Positions 1 to 8,854 of a stretch of 24,000 nucleotides of DNA are shown here, one piece after another; position 1 is the first letter of the stretch, and the number at the start of each line of letters is the position of its first letter. Below the pieces are notes generated by a model that was given only the letters and a program-made list of their open reading frames with translations, had not been told where the DNA came from and ran no database searches. Position numbers and translations under genes: made by a program. The DNA is from Eilatimonas milleporae (GTDB lineage: Bacteria > Pseudomonadota > Alphaproteobacteria > Sphingomonadales > Kordiimonadaceae): the NCBI RefSeq assembly GCF_003688555.1, contig NZ_REFR01000009.1, positions 805,187 to 829,186 on the forward strand, written 5' to 3'.

Positions 1-139
1 GGAACACGCCGAGCGGCGGGTGCGCCGCGCGGGCGAAGACGTCGTGGCGGAACAGGGCGGCGGTTTCCGCGCTCTGATCCAGCAGGGGCAGGAGGCCGGC
101 GGCCTCGGCCCTGCGGCGCAGGGCCGCGCGGCGGTCCAT
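1..139 (-). CDS. hypothetical protein, 5' part only (continues past the left edge)
   Basis: Minus-strand ATG at 137-139 opens a stop-free frame to position 1 (MDRRAALRRRAEAAGLLPLLDQSAETAALFRHDVF...). It is co-directional with the upstream operon. No recognisable motif. Confidence 0.25.
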   Translation of the reverse strand, partial: MDRRAALRRRAEAAGLLPLLDQSAETAALFRHDVFARAAHPPLGVF

Positions 140-227
140 TGTATCCGATAGGTCTGGCGACTGCGGCGCCTCCGTTGTCTCAGGCCGCTCCGACCCGGCC
201 GGGGCCAGGCCGGGATCGGTGTCCGTG

Positions 228-1838
228 TCAGCCGGCATCGCGCAGGGCCCGGCGCAGGATCTTGCCGCCGGCGTTGCGCGGCAGTGCGTCGAGGAAGACG
301 ACCGAGCGCGGCACCTTGAAACCGGCCAGGGCCTCGCGGCAGGCCGCGATCACCGTGTCCGCGGTGACGGCGTCGCCGGCATCCCTGGCATCCCTGGCAT
401 CTCCGGCATTCACGGGGGCCAACACGACGCAGGCCCTGACCGCCTCGCCCCAATGGTCGTCGGGCACGCCGATGACGGCGCTTTCCGCCACGCCGGGCAA
501 GCGGTTGATCACGGTTTCCACTTCTTTCGGGTAAATATTGAGCCCGCCGGATAGGATCATGTCCTTCTTGCGGTCGATGATGTGGATATAGCCCTCGTCA
601 TCGGCGACGGCAATGTCGCCGACCGTGACCCAGCCGTCGACGATGGTCTCGGCGTCGGCGTCCGGCCGCTGCCAGTAGCCGTTGAACAGGCTGGGACCGC
701 GCGCGAACAGCTCGCCCGGTTCGCCCGCCGGCACCGGCTGCCCGGCATCGTCGAGCAGCCGGACCTCGGTCGCCGGGAACGGCAGACCGACACAGGCCGT
801 CTTGCGCAGCTGGTCGACGGGGCGGAGATTGGTGACGATGCCGGCCTCGGTCGAGCCGTAGGTCTCGTGCAACAGGCCCTGGCCGAAATAGGCGACGATT
901 TTCTCCTTCATCGTCTGCGGCAGGGGCGCGGCGTTGGAGATGATCGCGCTCAGATCATGGCCGTGATAGCGCGCCAGCACATCCGCATCGAGATCGAAAA
1001 TCGCCCTGAAATGGGTCGGCACCATGAAGACGCCGTCAAAGCCGCCCTCATGCAGGCGGGCAAGCACGGTCTCGGCATCGAATTTTTCCATCACCTCGAC
1101 CGTGCCGCCGAAAAACAGCGGCGCGAAACCGAAGGCAAAGCCGGCCCCGTGACACAGCGGCGCGATGGCGAGAAAATGACAGTCGGGCCCGAAACAGCCA
1201 TATTCCGCCGCCATCCCGTAAAAGGTCATGACCCGCGCCCGGTGGGAGATCATCACCCCCTTGGGCGCACCGGTGGTGCCGGAGGTGTAGGGAATGGCAA
1301 AAGCCTGGCCCTCATCGACCGGCCCGTCGACAAGCCCTACCGGGCCGGCAAAGTCCGCCACATCAGCGACGGTGGCAACGGTTACATGTCCCGGCAGACC
1401 CGACAACAGGTCGACACGGTCCCGCGTCGCCGCGTCAATGATCACCAGTTTCGCGCCGCAGTCCAGCAGTATGGCGGTGAGCTCAGAGGCGGTGAGCCGG
1501 TAGCTGGGGGTGGCGACCGCCACGCCGATATCGCTCAACCCCCCGACAATTTCCATATATTCCAGACAGTTGGGTGCGATCAGAGCGGCATGGTCACCGT
1601 TTTGCAGGCCGAGGGACAAACCATAGGCCGCCACCCGGTCCATGGCGGCGATCAGGTCACCGTAAGTGCGGCGGCGCCGGCCCTGGCGCAGCGCCACCTT
1701 GTCCGGCGCCCGGCGCGCGGCGGCGCGCACGCCACCGGTCAGCAGGAGGGGCCGCCCCAAAGAGCGGGTCCGGGGGCGTGTCCCGGAGTGTGCCGGAGGA
1801 TGGTCCGGGGCGCGGGTCAAAGGAGGCACCACCGTCAT
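228..1838 (-). CDS. AMP-dependent acyl-CoA synthetase/ligase (ANL superfamily)
   Basis: 536-aa ORF with the AMP-binding P-loop-like motif YTSGTTGAPKGV, plus TYGSTE, GDIA..DDEGYIHIIDRKKDMI and a C-terminal GKILRR. Its start overlaps the upstream stop as ATGA (1835-1838). Confidence 0.9.
   Translation of the reverse strand: MTVVPPLTRAPDHPPAHSGTRPRTRSLGRPLLLTGGVRAAARRAPDKVALRQGRRRRTYGDLIAAMDRVAAYGLSLGLQNGDHAALIAPNCLEYMEIVGGLSDIGVAVATPSYRLTASELTAILLDCGAKLVIIDAATRDRVDLLSGLPGHVTVATVADVADFAGPVGLVDGPVDEGQAFAIPYTSGTTGAPKGVMISHRARVMTFYGMAAEYGCFGPDCHFLAIAPLCHGAGFAFGFAPLFFGGTVEVMEKFDAETVLARLHEGGFDGVFMVPTHFRAIFDLDADVLARYHGHDLSAIISNAAPLPQTMKEKIVAYFGQGLLHETYGSTEAGIVTNLRPVDQLRKTACVGLPFPATEVRLLDDAGQPVPAGEPGELFARGPSLFNGYWQRPDADAETIVDGWVTVGDIAVADDEGYIHIIDRKKDMILSGGLNIYPKEVETVINRLPGVAESAVIGVPDDHWGEAVRACVVLAPVNAGDARDARDAGDAVTADTVIAACREALAGFKVPRSVVFLDALPRNAGGKILRRALRDAG
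378..410. repeat. in-frame 9-bp tandem repeat (ggcatccct x3 plus a partial unit) inside the acyl-CoA synthetase C-terminal domain
   Basis: Read directly: units at 378-386, 387-395 and 396-404 (last unit ggcatctcc), then ggcatt. Encodes GDARDARDAGDA on the minus strand. Confidence 0.85.
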
Positions 1839-2758
1839 CAGGCCCCGTCTCCATCGTCGGTCAAAGGTCCGGCACCCGCCAGGGGAATATGTTTGGCCGG
1901 CACACGGTCAAAGTCGAATATTTTCAGGGCATTGCCCCGCATGATGAGATCGTGGGCCTCGGCGCGGAACGCATGGTCGCGCATTTCACGCACGGCGCGC
2001 TCGGGGTCGATGACCGGCCAGTCGGTGCCGAACAGCACCTTTTCCCGGCCATAGGTGTTCATATAGTGTTTGAGGCTGGCGGGCAGATGTTTGGGCGCAT
2101 AGGCGTCGATGCCGATGAAGACATTTTCATGTTTCCACGCCATGGCGATCATCTCGTCCGTCCACGGCACGCCGATATGGATGCCGATCAGCGTCAACTC
2201 GGGAAAGTCGATGGCGATCTGATCCAGCAGAATGGGCCGGGCCACCGACGGCAGGCGCACATCCTTCTGATAGATCAGGTTCTGGCCCACCTGCATCATG
2301 ATGGGGATGTCCAGTTCGCAGCATTTGGCGTAGATGGGGTACCACTGGGCCGCGTCCGGCGGCAGGCGGAACCAGTGGGGGTAGCTGTGCGCGCCGACGA
2401 AGCCAAGCTCCCGCACGGCGTATTCCAGATCGCGCAGCTGTTCCATCCCCATGAAGGGGTCCACCCCGGCAAGGCCGGAAAACCGGTCGGGATAGGCATG
2501 ACACCACTGCGCCACCTGGTCATAGGGGATCTGGAAAGACCCTTTCATCCGGCGGTCGCCGGCGCGAACGGCGATCAGCAGGGACCGTTCAATCCCGGCC
2601 GCGTCCATCTTTTTGAGATAATCGGTCATGGTGACACCGCCGCGCATGTCTTCCGGCATGCGCACCTGTGTCATGAAGTCGGCGTCGAAACCGGTCTGGC
2701 CGCGCGCGACCTCGACCGGGGAAAATTGATTGACGACAATATCAATGGCCTGAGTCAT
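1838..2758 (-). CDS. amidohydrolase-2 family metal-dependent hydrolase/decarboxylase (ACMSD/LigW-like)
   Basis: 306-aa ORF with TIM-barrel amidohydrolase-2-like features (GIHIGVPW, C-terminal LFGTDWPV). Translationally coupled to the acyl-CoA synthetase. Confidence 0.75.
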   Translation of the reverse strand: MTQAIDIVVNQFSPVEVARGQTGFDADFMTQVRMPEDMRGGVTMTDYLKKMDAAGIERSLLIAVRAGDRRMKGSFQIPYDQVAQWCHAYPDRFSGLAGVDPFMGMEQLRDLEYAVRELGFVGAHSYPHWFRLPPDAAQWYPIYAKCCELDIPIMMQVGQNLIYQKDVRLPSVARPILLDQIAIDFPELTLIGIHIGVPWTDEMIAMAWKHENVFIGIDAYAPKHLPASLKHYMNTYGREKVLFGTDWPVIDPERAVREMRDHAFRAEAHDLIMRGNALKIFDFDRVPAKHIPLAGAGPLTDDGDGA

Positions 2759-2770
2759 GAAGGACTGTCC

Positions 2771-4252
2771 CTATGTTTCCAAAAAATTGTTCTGGGCGGA
2801 TCCGGCGCGTGAGCCGGCCGTTGTTTCAGAAGCTGTTCCCGCGCCCGCATCGGCGTTTTCCCGCGTCCGGGCCGCGGCACTGCGGCGGAAGGGCGCGCAG
2901 CCGAGATGGAGACACAGCACCCCCACGGGCGCGCTGATCGCCGCCGTCACCGCCATGGACCACGGCAGCGCCGCCGGATCGGCGAAGACATAATCGGTCA
3001 GCACACCGACCAGTGTCGCCCCGACACCGATGCCGACCAGATTGAGGCAGAACAGATAGACGGCGGACATCTGCGCCCGCAGGGCCGGCGGCGCGGCGAT
3101 CTGAATGGCCGCGGCCGCCGCCGCATAGGGAAACGCAGCCCAGAAAAAGAACAGCCCCACCAGCGCCGCCTTGGCCGCCGTATGTTCGACGAGGGGCAGC
3201 AGAATACCCGCGAAAAGCAGCCACACGCCCGCCAGACGCCCGGTCAGCAGCGGCGCCTCGGCCCTCCCGCGCCGTTCCAGCCAGTCGGAATAGGCGCCGC
3301 CGGCAACGATGCCGAGACTGCCGAACACCAAAATACCAAGGCCCAGCAGCGCCCCGGCCTCGGCCGTTGTGAACGCCATCTGGCGGATCAGCAGCGACGG
3401 CGACCAGGCGATGAAGGCATTGAACAAAAGTCCGAGCGCCGAGAAGCCGGCAAAATGCATCAGGAAGGTGCCCGGCTCCGCCGCGATAAAGCGGAAGACG
3501 GCGGTGAGCGAACGGTGCGTCCGGGCGGGCGCGGCCTGCTTGCGGGGCGGTTCCGCCACCGTCAGCATCAGAAGGGCCACCAGCAGGCCGGGCGCGCCGA
3601 CAATAAAGAAAATGGCCTGCCATGCCTTCAACTCGCCCACCAGCGGCAGGGACAGGGTACCGGCGGCCAGCGCCCGTCCGACAATCGCCCCACCGACCAG
3701 AAAGGCGAGGCCGGCCCCCACATAGACCCCCATGCTGTAAAGGCCGAGCGCACGACCCAGCAGGCGGCGCGGAAACATGTCGGCGATCATGGAATAGGCG
3801 GCGGGCGACAGGCCGGCCTCGCCGGCGCCGACGCCGACACGGGCCAGAAACAAATGGGCGAACCGTCCCGCCAGGCCGCACAGGCATGTGGCCACGGACC
3901 AGACCGCGACGCTCCAGACGATGATGGTACGCCGGGGCATGCGGTCGGCAAGGCGGGCGATGGGAATGCCGAGCGTGGTGTAAAAAATGGCAAAGGCAAA
4001 CCCGTGCAGCAGACTGACCTGCGTGTCGCTGAGCGCGAGATCCTGTTTCAGGGGCTCGACCAGCAAGGCCAGAATGGTGCGGTCGATAAAGGAAAATGTA
4101 TAGGCGACGAACAGTACAAAAAGAGCATACCAGGCCGCCGGGCCGGTGCGCCGCGCAGGGGCGGATGATACGCCTTCCGGTCTGTCACCGGCCGGTCGGG
4201 AAGCGGATGTCGGGGTCATGGGGGTGTGGCAAGCCTGTCCTGTTTCAAACAC
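2771..4252 (-). CDS. MFS transporter
   Basis: 493-aa ORF, hydrophobic throughout with about 12 predicted helices. Has an MFS-like loop motif (GIPIARLADRMPRR). The start is uncertain: GTG at 4252 or ATG at 4219. Confidence 0.85.
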   Translation of the reverse strand: MFETGQACHTPMTPTSASRPAGDRPEGVSSAPARRTGPAAWYALFVLFVAYTFSFIDRTILALLVEPLKQDLALSDTQVSLLHGFAFAIFYTTLGIPIARLADRMPRRTIIVWSVAVWSVATCLCGLAGRFAHLFLARVGVGAGEAGLSPAAYSMIADMFPRRLLGRALGLYSMGVYVGAGLAFLVGGAIVGRALAAGTLSLPLVGELKAWQAIFFIVGAPGLLVALLMLTVAEPPRKQAAPARTHRSLTAVFRFIAAEPGTFLMHFAGFSALGLLFNAFIAWSPSLLIRQMAFTTAEAGALLGLGILVFGSLGIVAGGAYSDWLERRGRAEAPLLTGRLAGVWLLFAGILLPLVEHTAAKAALVGLFFFWAAFPYAAAAAAIQIAAPPALRAQMSAVYLFCLNLVGIGVGATLVGVLTDYVFADPAALPWSMAVTAAISAPVGVLCLHLGCAPFRRSAAARTRENADAGAGTASETTAGSRAGSAQNNFLET

Positions 4253-4333
4253 TGTTCCGCAGCCCCCGCAAGGGCTGGCCGGACCGGTATCCTATCACGG
4301 AACCGACCCGGCCTGTCCGGCCGGGGAGCCGGC

Positions 4334-6505
4334 TTAGAAGCGCAGGCTGACGGCAATCTCGTAAAAACGGGGATTGCCGGGGTACACGGTTACAAAGCCC
4401 GCGCCGGGGAAGCTGAGAATGCTGTCGAAATATTCCTCGTCCAGACAGTTGCGGCAGTTGGCGGAAATGGTGTAGCGCCCGTCGTCGAAACGATAGCCGA
4501 CCGAGGCGTTGACCAGCGCAAAGTCACCGGTCTGCGAAAAGGGGCCATTCTGCGGGTTGGTGAAAAATTCGGATGTGTAGAACACATCGCCGTTCACCAG
4601 AAAGCTGTCGCCGTTCGCCATGGGATAGTCGACGGAAAATCCGGCTTTCCCCTGAAAGGACGGGGAGCGCTGCAATTCATCGCCCAGCTGGGCGTCCACG
4701 GCGGGCTCCAGTTCCTTATAGCTGGTCTCAAGCACGCCGAAATTGGCGAACAGGTCGAGCCATTCATTGGCCCGGAAGGTCAGTTCGCTTTCAAAACCGT
4801 AAATTTCAGCGTCCGCCGTGGCCACGAGAAAGGTGTTGTCGGCGCCGGGGACCGAATTGAACAGATCGGTATATTCGGCGAAGAACGCCGCCGCATTCCA
4901 CAGAACCCGCCCGTCGAACAGGCTGGCCTTGCTGCCGATCTCGTAACTGTCGACGATTTCCGCCGGAAAATTCAGAAACTGTGCCGCGTTGTTGACGCGT
5001 GCCTGCCAGCCGCCGCTGCGGAAGCCCCGGGTGTAGGAGGCATAGGTCAGCCAGTCGTCGGTGACCTGAAAATCCAGCCCGAGTTTGGGCGTGAATTCAC
5101 CGAAATTGGGCTCCAGATCGACACCGAGAGCGCGCAGCGCGTCATCATTGAAGCCCTGATTGCCATTGATGATCTGATTGGTTTCGATGGCTTTTTCGTC
5201 ACGCGTATAGCGTCCGCCGAGGATCAGGGTCAGCCGGTCGGTGATGTCATAGTCAATCTGGGCAAAGGCGGCGTAGCTGTCCGTCTGCACGTTATAGAAA
5301 CGGTCGGATACGAGAATGGGCGTGCGCGGTTCCGTCAGGCCGCCGGGGGCGAAGTCATCCTGAAGGAAAACGTCGCTTTCCTCGGTGAAATAGAACAGAC
5401 CGGCCACCAGATCGAGCCTGTCGCCGATGGTGCCTTGCACTTTCAGTTCCTGGGTGAACTGCTCGGACTCGGCATCGGAGCTGAGCCGGAAAATCGGCAC
5501 CGGCTGATCGGAGATATCCAGATTGTAAAGCTGTGTCGTCGTCCGGTAGCCCGAGATGCTTTCCAGATTCCAGTTATCGTTTATATCCCATGAGACATGC
5601 AGGCTGCCGCCATAGGTTTCGGCAACGTTCTCGATATCCTCGCCACTGTTGGAGACGAACAGATCGCCCGAGGACGGGCGGGTGATATTGCCGATGTCGA
5701 CACCGTACATGCCGTTCTGTTCATCGCGGCTCCAATCGGCGGCAATCGTGGCTTCAACCCTGTCGGACAGGATGAATTTCAACGCGCCGCGCGCCCCGAA
5801 ATAGTTCAGGTCGTTGACATCCCGATCGAGGACGACGTTTTCGGTGAAGCCGTCGCCCTGTTCGGTCAGAAACGCGCCCCGGAAAAACACCTTGTCCTCC
5901 ACCAGCGGGGCGTTGCCCGATACACGGAGACGGTAGCGGTCGTAATTGCCGTAAGCGGCATCGACATTCAGCTCCGGTTCGGCAGACGGTTCCTTCGTCA
6001 CCACCTTGACCGCGCCACCGGTGGCGTTCCGCCCATAGAGGGTGCCCTGCGGTCCGCGCAGAACCTCGATCCGTTCCACATCGAACAGGTTGAAATTATT
6101 GACACCCTGACGCGCCACATAGACATCGTCGATATAGACGGCGACGGTGGTGTCGACGGTGGCAAGCGATTCGGTCGTCCCCACCCCGCGAATGAAAAAG
6201 GTCGTCGCGGTCTGCTGGCCCACATTGCTGTTACCCGTCAGATTGGGCACGTTGAAGATCACCGACTTGGTGTCCAGCATCTGCCGCCGCTGCATGGTGT
6301 TTTCGTCAAAAGCGGACACCGCCACCGGAACCGTCTGAATGGATTCGGCGCGGCGCTCCGCCGTGATGACGATTTCATCCAGCGACAAAGTGTCCGTCTC
6401 GGTGTCGTCCTGCTGCTGCGCACTGAGCGACGGTGACGCCAACAATGCCATCAGAACGGTAGAGCCCACGCTTCCTGCCAAGCGGGCCGGGCGATAATTG
6501 AACAT
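4334..6505 (-). CDS. TonB-dependent outer-membrane receptor
   Basis: I chose the internal start MFNYRPARLAGSVGSTVLMALLASPSLSAQQ (signal peptide), preceded by GGAGGGG. The plug region shows DEIVITA and IEVLRGPQGTLYGRNATGG, and the protein ends in the terminal aromatic ...VSLRF. Confidence 0.9.
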   Translation of the reverse strand: MFNYRPARLAGSVGSTVLMALLASPSLSAQQQDDTETDTLSLDEIVITAERRAESIQTVPVAVSAFDENTMQRRQMLDTKSVIFNVPNLTGNSNVGQQTATTFFIRGVGTTESLATVDTTVAVYIDDVYVARQGVNNFNLFDVERIEVLRGPQGTLYGRNATGGAVKVVTKEPSAEPELNVDAAYGNYDRYRLRVSGNAPLVEDKVFFRGAFLTEQGDGFTENVVLDRDVNDLNYFGARGALKFILSDRVEATIAADWSRDEQNGMYGVDIGNITRPSSGDLFVSNSGEDIENVAETYGGSLHVSWDINDNWNLESISGYRTTTQLYNLDISDQPVPIFRLSSDAESEQFTQELKVQGTIGDRLDLVAGLFYFTEESDVFLQDDFAPGGLTEPRTPILVSDRFYNVQTDSYAAFAQIDYDITDRLTLILGGRYTRDEKAIETNQIINGNQGFNDDALRALGVDLEPNFGEFTPKLGLDFQVTDDWLTYASYTRGFRSGGWQARVNNAAQFLNFPAEIVDSYEIGSKASLFDGRVLWNAAAFFAEYTDLFNSVPGADNTFLVATADAEIYGFESELTFRANEWLDLFANFGVLETSYKELEPAVDAQLGDELQRSPSFQGKAGFSVDYPMANGDSFLVNGDVFYTSEFFTNPQNGPFSQTGDFALVNASVGYRFDDGRYTISANCRNCLDEEYFDSILSFPGAGFVTVYPGNPRFYEIAVSLRF

Positions 6506-6620
6506 TGGTTTCCCCTCCTGTTCCCTGTCTGCTTTGCCGCAATGCTTTAAGCACTGACATTGACCGTCAACGAAAATCGCTATATTTGATTTTATCAGAC
6601 AGATATATGGATTTGATGAC

Positions 6621-7352
6621 ATGAAAGAACCCAATCTGGCAACAAAACGCCTGTTTCAGATGCTGGAACTGTTCCGCGAGAGTCAGCATCCCCTGTCGGC
6701 CAGCGACATTGCCGAGCATCTGGACTGCCCGAAATCCAGCCTGAACGTCCTGCTGCGCGATATGACGGCCCTTGGATACATGACCATCGACCGCAAGAAG
6801 CGGACCTATTTTCCCAGCCCGAAACTGCAGCATATGTCGGACTGGATTCTGGATGCGATCATCCGGGACCCCAGACTTTTGGCGATGATCCGGGACCTGC
6901 GGGAAAAAACCGACGAAACCGTGGTTCTGAGCATGCGCAACGATCTGGAGATGGAAGCGGTCAAGGTGGAAACAAGTTCGCAGGCGATTTCGCTGACCGT
7001 ACAGGCGGGCTTCCGCTTCCCCATGTGGACCAGCGCCGTCGGCCACGCCATGCTGGCCGTTCTGCCGTCGCAGGAACTGGCACGCCTGCACGACCGCGCC
7101 ACCCGCCAGTTGGACATACCGGCGCTGGACACCATCCGCGTCCAACTGGAAGAAGTCCGCCGGCGCGGCTGTGCCATCAGTTACGGCACGGTGTTGAGCG
7201 ATGTGGGCGCCATCGCCGCCCCCCTGACCGACGCGTTCGGCGCACAGGATCTGGTGATCAGCCTGGGCGGCCCCAAGCAACGGGTTCACGCCCGGGAACA
7301 GGCGCTCGTCAATATTCTGTGCCGGTCCAACGCGGTGAGGAAATTCACCTGA
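6621..7352 (+). CDS. IclR-family transcriptional regulator
   Basis: 243 aa. N-terminal winged-HTH pattern (RLFQMLELF....PLSASDIAEHLDCPKSSLNVLLRDMTALGYM) with a C-terminal effector-domain-like region. Divergent from the TonB receptor operon. Confidence 0.88.
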   Translation: MKEPNLATKRLFQMLELFRESQHPLSASDIAEHLDCPKSSLNVLLRDMTALGYMTIDRKKRTYFPSPKLQHMSDWILDAIIRDPRLLAMIRDLREKTDETVVLSMRNDLEMEAVKVETSSQAISLTVQAGFRFPMWTSAVGHAMLAVLPSQELARLHDRATRQLDIPALDTIRVQLEEVRRRGCAISYGTVLSDVGAIAAPLTDAFGAQDLVISLGGPKQRVHAREQALVNILCRSNAVRKFT

Positions 7353-7361
7353 CCGGCACGA

Positions 7362-7733
7362 TCATGCCGCCGCCACGTCTGTTTCCGGGCGGACGGAAGT
7401 GTCAGGACGGACACTGGAGTCTGGGCGGACACTGGGCTCTGGGTGGGCACCGGAGTCTGGTTGGGTACCGGCGTCTGGGCGCGCACAGGGGCGCATGCGG
7501 GCCTCGGCCACCAGAACGATGGCGCCGATCCGCCGGCACAAGGTTTCGGCACGGTCCGGATCAAGCCCGGTAAAGGACAGGTCAATCCGCAGCATACCGG
7601 CATCGCGGCGCGCCTGCACACTGAACGGCGCCAGCCCGAGAACGGCAAAAGGTTCAAGCACACGCGGCAGGGTCGCCGGATCGTCCGCACCGCTGAGCGT
7701 AAATGTATAGGCACTGCAATCCGGCAGAACCAT
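7362..7733 (-). CDS. hypothetical small protein, ACT-like N-terminal half with a hexapeptide-repeat tail
   Basis: I chose the start MVLPDCSAYTFTL (7733), preceded by GGGGAAG. The N-terminal roughly 85 aa show a beta-alpha-beta-like pattern (FTLSGADDPATLPRVLEPFAVLG). The tail is PDAGTQPDSGAHPEPSVRPDSSVRPDTSVRPETD. Confidence 0.5.
   Translation of the reverse strand: MVLPDCSAYTFTLSGADDPATLPRVLEPFAVLGLAPFSVQARRDAGMLRIDLSFTGLDPDRAETLCRRIGAIVLVAEARMRPCARPDAGTQPDSGAHPEPSVRPDSSVRPDTSVRPETDVAAA
7401..7490. repeat. five imperfect 18-bp tandem units encoding P-D/E-x-x-x-x hexapeptides
   Basis: Units read at 7401, 7419, 7437, 7455 and 7473 (gtcaggacggacactgga / gtctgggcggacactggg / ctctgggtgggcaccgga / gtctggttgggtaccggc / gtctgggcgcgcacaggg). 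Confidence 0.8.
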
Positions 7734-7835
7734 GAGCGTCTTCCCCGTTTGAAAGCCATGACAGATCATAGGCAGGTAATATATCCCAGAGAGCCGGCAT
7801 AAAATTTTCCAATATTGTGGAAAGCCATATTTTTC

Positions 7836-7850
7836 TGCATAATTTATGCA
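7836..7850. promoter_or_regulatory. perfect 15-bp AT-rich palindrome TGCATAAtTTATGCA, candidate Lrp/AsnC operator
   Basis: Lies 27 bp upstream of the Lrp/AsnC start, in the AT-rich divergent intergenic region 7734-7876. Lrp-type sites are about 15-bp AT-centred palindromes. Confidence 0.4.
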
Positions 7851-7876
7851 CTAAAATAGTCCAGAGAGATTAAATC

Positions 7877-8356
7877 ATGCCACAGTCTCTTGATGCCTAT
7901 GACAGGAAAATCCTGCGCTTTCTGCAAGCCAATGGCGGCGCCTCCACGGCGGAAGTCGGCGAAGCCGTCGGCCTGTCCCAGTCGCCCTGCTGGCGGCGCA
8001 TCCGCAGGCTTGAGGACGACGGCGTCATCAGGGACCGTGTCGCCCTTCTGGACCGGGACAAGCTGGGCCTCAGTGTGCTGGTGTTCGCGCATGTGAAACT
8101 GGAAACGCACCAAAGCGATGCGCTGGATGATTTCAAGCGCGCCATCGCCGTCCTGCCGGAGGTGCAGGAGTGTTATGTCCTGATGGGGGAGGTCGATTTC
8201 CTGCTGCGCGTCGTCGCGAAGGATATCAAGGACTATGAACGTCTGTTCTTCGACAGGCTGTCACAGCTGCCGGCGGTGCGGGAGATCAATTCGATGATCG
8301 CCGTATCGACGACCAAGGAAACATCCGCCTTGCCCATCGCCGACATGCCTGTCTAA
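7877..8356 (+). CDS. Lrp/AsnC-family transcriptional regulator
   Basis: 159 aa. LDAYDRKILRFLQANGGASTAEVGEAVGLSQSPCWRRIRRLEDDGVI is a classical AsnC HTH, followed by a RAM-like domain (VFAHVKL....VQECYVLMGEVDFLLRV). Confidence 0.9.
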   Translation: MPQSLDAYDRKILRFLQANGGASTAEVGEAVGLSQSPCWRRIRRLEDDGVIRDRVALLDRDKLGLSVLVFAHVKLETHQSDALDDFKRAIAVLPEVQECYVLMGEVDFLLRVVAKDIKDYERLFFDRLSQLPAVREINSMIAVSTTKETSALPIADMPV

Positions 8357-8502
8357 GCCGTCAGCGGTGTGCAGAGGCGGTCCGGCGCATCCTTCATAAA
8401 TACGTGCCCGCAAACCATAGTGACGATGATTGATGGGCGACGACTGCTGAATGATGATTGCCGAAGCGCCCGGACTGTGCGGCCGGCACCAACCGCAAAG
8501 GG

Positions 8503-8838
8503 TTAGAATGTGCCCGATATATGCGTCAGGCTCGCAGCCGTCAGTGTGCCGGTCCCGGTGTCGATCAGCATCCGTTCGGCGGCGCGGCCCCGATCCGTGA
8601 ACAGGCCGTCGCCGTGACGGGCGGTACCGCCATACAGGCACCAGACATCCGTGCCGTCCCCGCTGACGATTTCGGCCCGCATGCCACGGTAGCCGAGACC
8701 GGGCGGGCGCACGGCCGGATCGCCGCCGGGCGGCAATGCACGCAATGCACCGGCGACACGTTCAGCCGTGTCGCCGGTCACATCCCATGACGGGTTCGGC
8801 CGTCCGGAATACAGGTCTGCGGTCACGGTCACACACAC
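8503..8838 (-). CDS. hypothetical protein, stand-alone paralog of the N-terminal domain of the upstream 8855-9694 product
   Basis: 111 aa with a GTG start 16 bp after the upstream stop. Shares LYSGRPNPSW, GLGYRGM and later F-T/V...E..L..TG positions with MHVYSGRPDPVW, RMGYRGF and FVSGAPAIEEYLLWTG of the neighbour. Confidence 0.6.
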   Translation of the reverse strand: MCVTVTADLYSGRPNPSWDVTGDTAERVAGALRALPPGGDPAVRPPGLGYRGMRAEIVSGDGTDVWCLYGGTARHGDGLFTDRGRAAERMLIDTGTGTLTAASLTHISGTF

Positions 8839-8854
8839 GTTTCAGACTTCACCC

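Noticed and set aside
582-6436. Long plus-strand ORFs (582-2054, 1574-2812, 2906-4168, 4226-5593, 5597-6436) lying opposite the minus-strand genes
   Set aside because: Their products are Arg/Gly/Pro/His-rich low-complexity sequences typical of antisense shadow frames in high-GC DNA. The opposite-strand ORFs carry clear family motifs (AMP-binding, MFS, TonB receptor).
6567-7289. 240-aa minus-strand ORF overlapping the IclR gene
   Set aside because: The opposite strand has a clear IclR HTH and effector domain. This ORF has no motifs and shows shadow-frame composition.
7025-7573. Plus-strand 182-aa ORF with GHWSLGGHWALGGHRSLVG repeats
   Set aside because: It is an alternative-strand reading of the 18-bp tandem repeat and overlaps the IclR 3' end. 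The minus-strand reading has a good RBS and a structured N-terminal domain.
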